From positions 30,001 to 62,000 of the forward strand of contig NZ_JAQFIQ010000010.1 of assembly GCF_029504745.1 (NCBI RefSeq): a DNA stretch of 32,000 bases, given 5' to 3'. A program made the translations under genes and the position numbers. This DNA comes from Breznakia sp. PF5-3 (lineage in GTDB: Bacteria; Bacillota_I; Bacilli_A; Erysipelotrichales; Erysipelotrichaceae). The notes under the pieces are model-generated. The model made no database searches. It saw only the letters and a list, made by a program, of their open reading frames with translations, and was not told where the DNA came from. This document shows, one piece after another, positions 26,915-32,000 of the stretch. Position 1 is the stretch's first letter. Each line of letters starts with the position of its first letter.

Positions 26915-27797
26915 ATTTTAAGTATGCATTGAACGCCGCTAAGATTGCTTGTCCATTATTTTTTTTATATCCATATTCACCAAGCTGAATCTTAGGTTTG
27001 GTAGCTCCATGAAAATCCGAACCACAGGTCATAAGCAAATGATGCTTATCACAATATGCTTCATAATATATATTTTGCTCATCATTATGATAATTACTAT
27101 ACGCTTCAATTCCATCAATTCCCTGGGAAATAGCTTTTTCCAACAAATCTTCTCTTTGGTAAAATGTCTTCCATGGATGAGCCAATACAGCAATACCACC
27201 AGCTTTATGAATTTCCTTAACAGTATCTTCTAAAGAAGGAAATGCTACATCTACATAACACGGTGCTCCCTTAAAACAATACTTCCAATAGAAATTTGCT
27301 GTAGGCGAATCACTTTGCTCACCTCCTGGTAAGAAAGGATGAAATGCTTCAACATCTTTATAACGTGGATCATTTAGAATATCAAGAATAGCATCAATCA
27401 TCTTTCCTTTTTCTCCAACCATGTCCATAAGACGTTGTACATCTAATTTTATATTAAAATATGTTTCAAATAATTCTAGACGTGTCTTTGTAGAATCATA
27501 AATCAAATCACTTATTTTTTTATTCAAAGATTTAAAATATTCTGTATTATAATCTAATCCATATGCTAATACATGAACTTCAAATCCTTCAAATTTTGTA
27601 TCACATTCAATTGCAGGTATTACCTGCATCCCATATTTACTTCCTTCATTAATCATCTCATCAATCCCTAGCATCTGATTATGGTCGGCTAGTGCAACGG
27701 TCTTAATTCCTTTCGCATGTGCCATCTGAATTAATTGTGTAGGAGTATATTCTCCATCATTACTATAATTTGAATGCATATGTAAATCAAAGTCCAT
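26913..27797 (-). CDS. PHP-domain metal-dependent phosphoesterase
   Basis: PHP motifs DLHMHSNYSNDG, LADHN, HVLAYG, LAHP and GSDFHG. The track ORF extends to 27953, but a GAGG RBS and a TGCTATAAT promoter lie inside that extension. The start is therefore the ATG at 27797 (MDFDLHMHS). Confidence 0.85.
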   Translation of the reverse strand: MDFDLHMHSNYSNDGEYTPTQLIQMAHAKGIKTVALADHNQMLGIDEMINEGSKYGMQVIPAIECDTKFEGFEVHVLAYGLDYNTEYFKSLNKKISDLIYDSTKTRLELFETYFNIKLDVQRLMDMVGEKGKMIDAILDILNDPRYKDVEAFHPFLPGGEQSDSPTANFYWKYCFKGAPCYVDVAFPSLEDTVKEIHKAGGIAVLAHPWKTFYQREDLLEKAISQGIDGIEAYSNYHNDEQNIYYEAYCDKHHLLMTCGSDFHGATKPKIQLGEYGYKKNNGQAILAAFNAYLK

Positions 27798-27930
27798 AAT
27801 TACCTCATTTCTGCCTTTATTATAGCATAATATTATAACATTTCTAATTTCAACATATGAATAAATAAAATTTTTTAAATTTTTATGAACGAAATTGCTT
27901 TTAAAATGTACTAAATGATAGAAAGCGCTT

Positions 27931-28116
27931 TTGACTCTCGTCGGCACTTTCAAGTTGAGTTGGCTTCGCGGTTTACTCCAACTACTTCTGCAGGGCTGTG
28001 TTATCGAATTAGAGGGCGGAATTATTAACTATTTGATAACATAAAGTGGAGGATAAAAAATCGGTTATGTAGTCATACGAAGGAAAAGGCAATCAAATGA
28101 TTGCCTTTTTCTTTTT
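27931..28116 (+). ncRNA. Candidate ~185-nt structured small RNA or leader of unknown class
   Basis: By hand count, 27931-28020 is 45/90 G+C, against clearly AT-rich flanks. Nested helices: CACTTT 27945-50 / AAAGTG 28043-48; AGTTGG 27958-63 / CCAACT 27978-83; TGTTATCGAA 27999-28008 / TTTGATAACA 28032-41. It ends in a strong + strand terminator. A possible promoter is TTGCTT (27895-27900), 18 nt, TGaTAGAAA (27916-27924). The 5' end and identity are uncertain. Confidence 0.35.
28084..28116 (+). terminator. Strong intrinsic terminator capping the RNA-like element
   Basis: 11-bp stem AAAAGGCAATC (28084-28094) / GATTGCCTTTT (28099-28109), loop AAAT, then TCTTTTT. The T-tract is good only on the + strand. 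Confidence 0.75.
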
Positions 28117-28200
28117 GTTACTAATTATTTAAAAAAAAGAGATATTTATCCTACCTCTTTATATGCTTATATTACCATAATTTAGCACTTTTTTCAAGTC

Positions 28201-28229
28201 TTGTATATATTCCTAGATAGGTGTATTAA
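28201..28229 (+). promoter_or_regulatory. Candidate promoter of the 135-aa/451-aa operon
   Basis: TTGTAT (28201-28206), 17 nt, TATTAA (28224-28229). It lies about 20 nt upstream of the AAGGAG RBS. Confidence 0.4.
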
Positions 28230-28251
28230 GTAATAAAGAGAAGGAGAATTT

Positions 28252-28659
28252 ATGAAATATTATACAATTAAAACAAAAGAAAATACTCAGATGATAATAA
28301 AGGAAGTAAATGCTGAAATTGCTAGTTATGGATTTTCGTTAAGTGAAGAAGACTATCAATTTCTTTTAGCAAAACAAAAAGAACTCTATACACACTATAA
28401 CCTAATTGATTTAGATACAACAATCATTAAGGTTATCGCAATGACTGTAAATAAATCTCCTTATATACGACAAAGCAATTATGTAGACTTAATCGTTCAC
28501 TTTCTAGATTTATTCTATGCATGTCGAAAACAAATTGGAACTCTTCATTACGATGATGAAATCATTTATACACTTTATCAAATATATTTATTACACTATG
28601 GAGAAATATCCACAAAATTACTTTATGATACGCTAAAAATACTACAGGAGAAATTATGA
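28252..28659 (+). CDS. Hypothetical 135-aa soluble helical protein
   Basis: Good AAGGAG RBS. No TM segments and no motif I can assign. The stop overlaps the next start (ATGA), which implies translational coupling. Confidence 0.7.
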   Translation: MKYYTIKTKENTQMIIKEVNAEIASYGFSLSEEDYQFLLAKQKELYTHYNLIDLDTTIIKVIAMTVNKSPYIRQSNYVDLIVHFLDLFYACRKQIGTLHYDDEIIYTLYQIYLLHYGEISTKLLYDTLKILQEKL

Positions 28660-30011
28660 AACATACAATTCAATCTAATTCTTTTGAAAATACAACGTTC
28701 CTTGATATATTAAAATTCTTACGTACTCATTCCTTCATGGAAGACGAAGAATACCATAATATTCAAATACAAATTTTCTTATTAGTTAAAAAACTTGTTC
28801 TTACTCATACACATAATCGCACCACAACAATATCAAAACGTAAATACCATCAAATAATGAATAGTGTATACTACACACTTGATCATGCTACAACATATCA
28901 TAAAAACCCCATTGAATTCATAAAAGCAAAACACATTGCATTTTTTTATGATGAAGGAAAACAATCCATCACTGCTTTACACGAGCAAGTATATGATCTC
29001 TATATAAAGTTAAAGCAATCTATCCTCCCTATCAACAATGAACGTTATCAAGATGTTATTTTGCAACAACTGCTATACTTTTATCATGAATATAATATCG
29101 AATATCGTGCTACTTATTGTCGTCAAGACTTTGATTATCCATTGCTTGATGGAATTCCTCTTGATCATGATATGTATCATAAAAAAGGTGTTGATTTGGC
29201 AGTTGAATATGCAAAGCGATTATCCATTGAACAAACTTTTTGTCAACGTTTTACAACCGAAGAATTAGTTACCCTATTCCATAACTACGAAGAACATGTT
29301 GGTGTAAGTATTCACTTGTTGGGTATCAACATCATGGAAATCGTACTCCTTCAGTTTATGTTTTCAACACTTCTACCAAACCAAAAACCTTCACTAATGA
29401 TTTTAGATAGCGAGAAACGATACCTATGTTCTTTGATTCAAAATACCCATACTACGGTAGAAACAATCTATCAAAATATGGATATAATACTAGATAAGCA
29501 AACAATGCAATACATTTATCGATACAAAGAACAACTTTCACAAAAAATACAAATTGCATTAGAACACAATCAATTGGATCACCTAATAATTACAAAATCT
29601 ATTCAAAAAGCAAAATTTACTTTTCACGATAAACCATCTGTTAGTAGCAAAACGTTTTCACAAATCATCAATAAAATCGAAGAAAAAAATAATGCTGATG
29701 AGAAAATACAAATTCTATTTCAATATTCTCTTTCCATTCACGATATCATCGATATTTTAGAAACTGATATTTTCACAGATGACCATTATCCTTTGTTATT
29801 TCAAAAATTAGATATACTGAGCATTGCTTTATTATTTAAATATACATATCCAGAAGAATTTGTTTTTCATGCAACAATTGTATTACATACCTCATATCTT
29901 CATAATTTAGATATTTCTCGTCAATGGCAATCCTATTTTCTTATTTACATAGAACAACTTACAGATGAAAAAAAGAATGAATTACAAAATATCTTAAATA
30001 TTATGAATTAA
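28656..30011 (+). CDS. Hypothetical 451-aa protein, His/Tyr/Gln-rich and mostly helical
   Basis: Long uninterrupted ORF coupled to the upstream gene. It has one hydrophobic stretch (LLGINIMEIVLLQFMFSTLL). No catalytic motif is recognisable by eye. Confidence 0.7.
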   Translation: MKHTIQSNSFENTTFLDILKFLRTHSFMEDEEYHNIQIQIFLLVKKLVLTHTHNRTTTISKRKYHQIMNSVYYTLDHATTYHKNPIEFIKAKHIAFFYDEGKQSITALHEQVYDLYIKLKQSILPINNERYQDVILQQLLYFYHEYNIEYRATYCRQDFDYPLLDGIPLDHDMYHKKGVDLAVEYAKRLSIEQTFCQRFTTEELVTLFHNYEEHVGVSIHLLGINIMEIVLLQFMFSTLLPNQKPSLMILDSEKRYLCSLIQNTHTTVETIYQNMDIILDKQTMQYIYRYKEQLSQKIQIALEHNQLDHLIITKSIQKAKFTFHDKPSVSSKTFSQIINKIEEKNNADEKIQILFQYSLSIHDIIDILETDIFTDDHYPLLFQKLDILSIALLFKYTYPEEFVFHATIVLHTSYLHNLDISRQWQSYFLIYIEQLTDEKKNELQNILNIMN

Positions 30012-30012
30012 A

Positions 30013-30038
30013 AAATCTACAGGATTTCCTGTAGATTT
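30013..30038. terminator. Bidirectional terminator between the convergent hypothetical and GNAT genes
   Basis: Perfect palindrome AAATCTACAGGA-TT-TCCTGTAGATTT. It overlaps the GNAT stop codon. Confidence 0.65.
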
Positions 30039-30930
30039 AACGAATATACCAACAGCATTTTTTATCTGCTTTCACAAACCCCAATTTCATCTGAATATGA
30101 TCACTTGCAGTGTTTGCTTGATCTACCTGTGTGAAGATAACATCATCACTTTCTTCCAAAACGTGATTTATATAAGCAGACTGCAAAGTAATCGCTATTT
30201 TCTGATTACGAAAGGCTTCAAACACTTCAATCATGCCAATGGCTCCACTTGGGTGTCTTCCTACATATCCTACCAATTCTTCATCAATAAAGGCCCCCAA
30301 CATCCCTGCTTTGATTCTTTCCAGAAGATATGTATCGCTTGCTAAACTTTTAACGCTATAATGACGTTTAATCACTTCCAAATAGCTATCATCCAATTGG
30401 CGAATTTCTACTTCTTTATTGATTAAAGGTAACTCTTCCCTTTTTTGATATACATAATTATAGTAATAAAGTTTTTCATTATAAGTTAATTCTTTTTCAA
30501 ATATCGCTTCTGTGATTGCATCATAAGCAATAAGTGAATGATAATCTTGTGGTATCATTTTTACCATATCTTTTGCTGCTTCTTCATTAATAGTCATTGC
30601 ATGATAGGTATCATCCTTTTCATCATAGAGCAAGATACCATCCATTTCCGCATATAGAATCTTAGAATCCCCTTTACGATATGTTTCCAACATTTCCACA
30701 TAAAGCACTTCATCACTTTTTAATATTTTTGCAATAGCATCATCATAATGAACATCATCTAGATCTACATCGGATAACTTTAAGATCAAAAATGCTCTAC
30801 TCAGTGCTAATATCAAAATAAGAATTCCAACTCCAATCATGATTGGCTCACTACTAATTGTACCTCTGATAAAAAAGGCTATGGCTACCAAAGATAAAAT
30901 AATACTTGGTTGCAATTGTTTATGTTTCAT
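30037..30930 (-). CDS. Membrane-anchored GNAT-like acetyltransferase
   Basis: 297 aa. Two N-terminal TM helices (aa ~9-50). The C-terminal ~120 aa have GNAT character (GAFIDEELVGYVG...IEVFEAFRNQKIAITLQSAYINHVL). The ATG shares one base with the metG stop (TAATG). Confidence 0.6.
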   Translation of the reverse strand: MKHKQLQPSIILSLVAIAFFIRGTISSEPIMIGVGILILILALSRAFLILKLSDVDLDDVHYDDAIAKILKSDEVLYVEMLETYRKGDSKILYAEMDGILLYDEKDDTYHAMTINEEAAKDMVKMIPQDYHSLIAYDAITEAIFEKELTYNEKLYYYNYVYQKREELPLINKEVEIRQLDDSYLEVIKRHYSVKSLASDTYLLERIKAGMLGAFIDEELVGYVGRHPSGAIGMIEVFEAFRNQKIAITLQSAYINHVLEESDDVIFTQVDQANTASDHIQMKLGFVKADKKCCWYIR

Positions 30931-32000
30931 TAGCGAACAATAGACCCCGCATCTAAATGATTCACATTCAATACTTCTATTTGATCTCCATTTTCACCAA
31001 CAAGAATCATTCCTTGTGATTCAACACCACGAATCTTGGCTGGTTTTAAGTTTGTGACTACAACAACCTTTTTCCCTACCATATCTTCTGGCTTATAAGC
31101 ATCTGCAATACCACTTACAACTTGGCGAACTTCACTTCCTATATTAATTTGTGATACTAATAATTTATCTGCTTTAGGATGCTTTTCACACTTCTCTATC
31201 AATCCAACCTTCATTTCTGTCTTCATAAAGTCATCAAATGTAATTTCCGGCTTTGCTGGTGTTACTTCTTCTTTTTTACTATTTTGCTCAGCTTCCCATT
31301 GTTCTGCAAATTCTTTTTCATCAACCCGTTGGAAAAGAATCTCAGGTTTTTCCACTAGTTTAATATCTTCTTCCAATTGACCAAATTGTTGAATACTAGC
31401 ATAATCTTTTTTATTTGTATTCAACTGTTTTAATATTTTATCACTTGTTTCAGGAACAAAAGGACTAAGTAATACTGCTGTATAACGAATACTTTCCAAT
31501 AAATTATACAATACTGTTTGCAAACGATCTTGCTTTGCTTCATCCTTGGCTAAAATCCATGGACAAGTTTCATCAATATATTTATTGCTACGTCTAATCA
31601 GTGTGAAAATATCACTAATTGCATCACTAATATGCAAAGAATCCATATGTTCATCTACTTTTACTACGGTATTTTGTGCAAGTGTAATCAATTCTTCATC
31701 CATACTATCACTAATTTTTGGATTTCTCACAACACCATCAAAATATTTATTTGCCATAGAAATAGTTCGATTTACTAAATTACCTAAAACATTTGCTAAA
31801 TCCGAATTGTTTCTTTCAATCATAAGATCCCATGTAATTACACCATCTTGTGCATATGGCATTTCATGAAGCACATAATAACGTACAGCATCTACACCAA
31901 AATAACGTACTAAATCATCTGTATAAATAACATTACCTTTTGATTTACTCATTTTTCCTTCGCCCACTAAAATCCATGGATGACCAAAGATCTGTTTTGG
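30930..32000 (-). CDS. metG: Methionine--tRNA ligase, C-terminal part (gene continues beyond the right edge)
   Basis: Class I KMSKS motif (GEGKMSKSKGN). The reading frame stays open to position 32000 (PKQIFGHPWILVGEG). Anticodon-binding helical region is present. C-terminal Trbp111/EMAP-like tRNA-binding domain (HPKADKLLVSQINIG...GMIL). Confidence 0.92.
   Translation of the reverse strand, partial: PKQIFGHPWILVGEGKMSKSKGNVIYTDDLVRYFGVDAVRYYVLHEMPYAQDGVITWDLMIERNNSDLANVLGNLVNRTISMANKYFDGVVRNPKISDSMDEELITLAQNTVVKVDEHMDSLHISDAISDIFTLIRRSNKYIDETCPWILAKDEAKQDRLQTVLYNLLESIRYTAVLLSPFVPETSDKILKQLNTNKKDYASIQQFGQLEEDIKLVEKPEILFQRVDEKEFAEQWEAEQNSKKEEVTPAKPEITFDDFMKTEMKVGLIEKCEKHPKADKLLVSQINIGSEVRQVVSGIADAYKPEDMVGKKVVVVTNLKPAKIRGVESQGMILVGENGDQIEVLNVNHLDAGSIVR

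Noticed and set aside
27798-27953. N-terminal 52-aa extension of the PHP ORF in the track
   Set aside because: The extension contains the gene's own TGCTATAAT promoter and GAGG RBS. The PHP domain begins right at MDFDLHMHS (ATG 27797).
27915-28028. 37-codon ORF (MIESAFDSRRHFQVELASRFTPTTSAGLCYRIRGRNY) inside the GC-rich element
   Set aside because: It has no RBS. It uses CGG/CGT/CGA Arg codons that are atypical for this AT-rich genome. The region is better explained by nested RNA helices ending in a terminator. I keep it only as an alternative to be excluded by conservation analysis.
27931-28116. Assignment of the structured element to a known riboswitch or housekeeping RNA class
   Set aside because: I looked by eye for several signatures: T-box (GGGTGGTACCGCG-like), purine, TPP (CTGAGA...ACCTGA), FMN, glycine, ykkC (GGGA...ACGR), preQ1, glmS, c-di-GMP, SRP (GGAAGCAGCC), RNase P (GAGGAAAGTCC) and tmRNA ends. 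None is present, so the class is left open rather than named.

Overview
This is a 32-kb chromosomal segment from an AT-rich (about 30% G+C by eye) Gram-positive bacterium of the Bacillota type. Supporting signs are lipoprotein lipoboxes, a PTS with a PRD regulator, YfhO/GtrA envelope-glycosylation genes, standard code with TAA/TGA stops, and ATG/GTG/TTG starts. I call 28 protein-coding genes (two cut by the window edges), 4 tRNAs, one candidate small structured RNA, one 15-codon mini-ORF, and a set of promoters, operators and intrinsic terminators. Layout: (1) 1-4866 holds a sugar ABC transporter plus Gfo/Idh/MocA oxidoreductase operon, divergent from a LacI regulator plus BadF-type sugar kinase. 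(2) 5067-6353 holds a tRNA-Leu/Cys/Leu cluster, an IMPase-family gene and tRNA-Asn. (3) 6419-13482 holds a methyltransferase and a cellobiose/chitobiose-class PTS regulon (PRD regulator, IIC, IIB, GH1 phospho-beta-glucosidase, NagB-like protein, separate IIA) with a shared 18-bp operator. (4) 13679-24709 is an envelope island: a YfhO-GtrA-GT2-PIG-L deacetylase operon, a divergent OmpR/HK two-component system (TCS), a small lipoprotein, and a 1073-aa double-FtsX permease with a roughly 270-aa coiled-coil insert and no ATPase partner. (5) 24873-32000 holds a Zn-ribbon/coiled-coil/nuclease-like protein, a second NagB paralog, a PHP phosphoesterase, a GC-rich terminator-capped RNA-like element, a two-gene operon with no recognisable family, and a membrane-anchored GNAT translationally coupled to metG. 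I saw no CRISPR array, transposase, integrase, phage or recognisable defence genes. The best candidate for an undescribed system is the TCS-linked glycosylation/deacetylation operon together with the orphan coiled-coil FtsX permease, which I predict to be an inducible cationic envelope modification. The second candidate is the RNA-like element plus the uncharacterised 135-aa/451-aa gene pair. All family assignments rest on motifs read by eye; no database search was possible.
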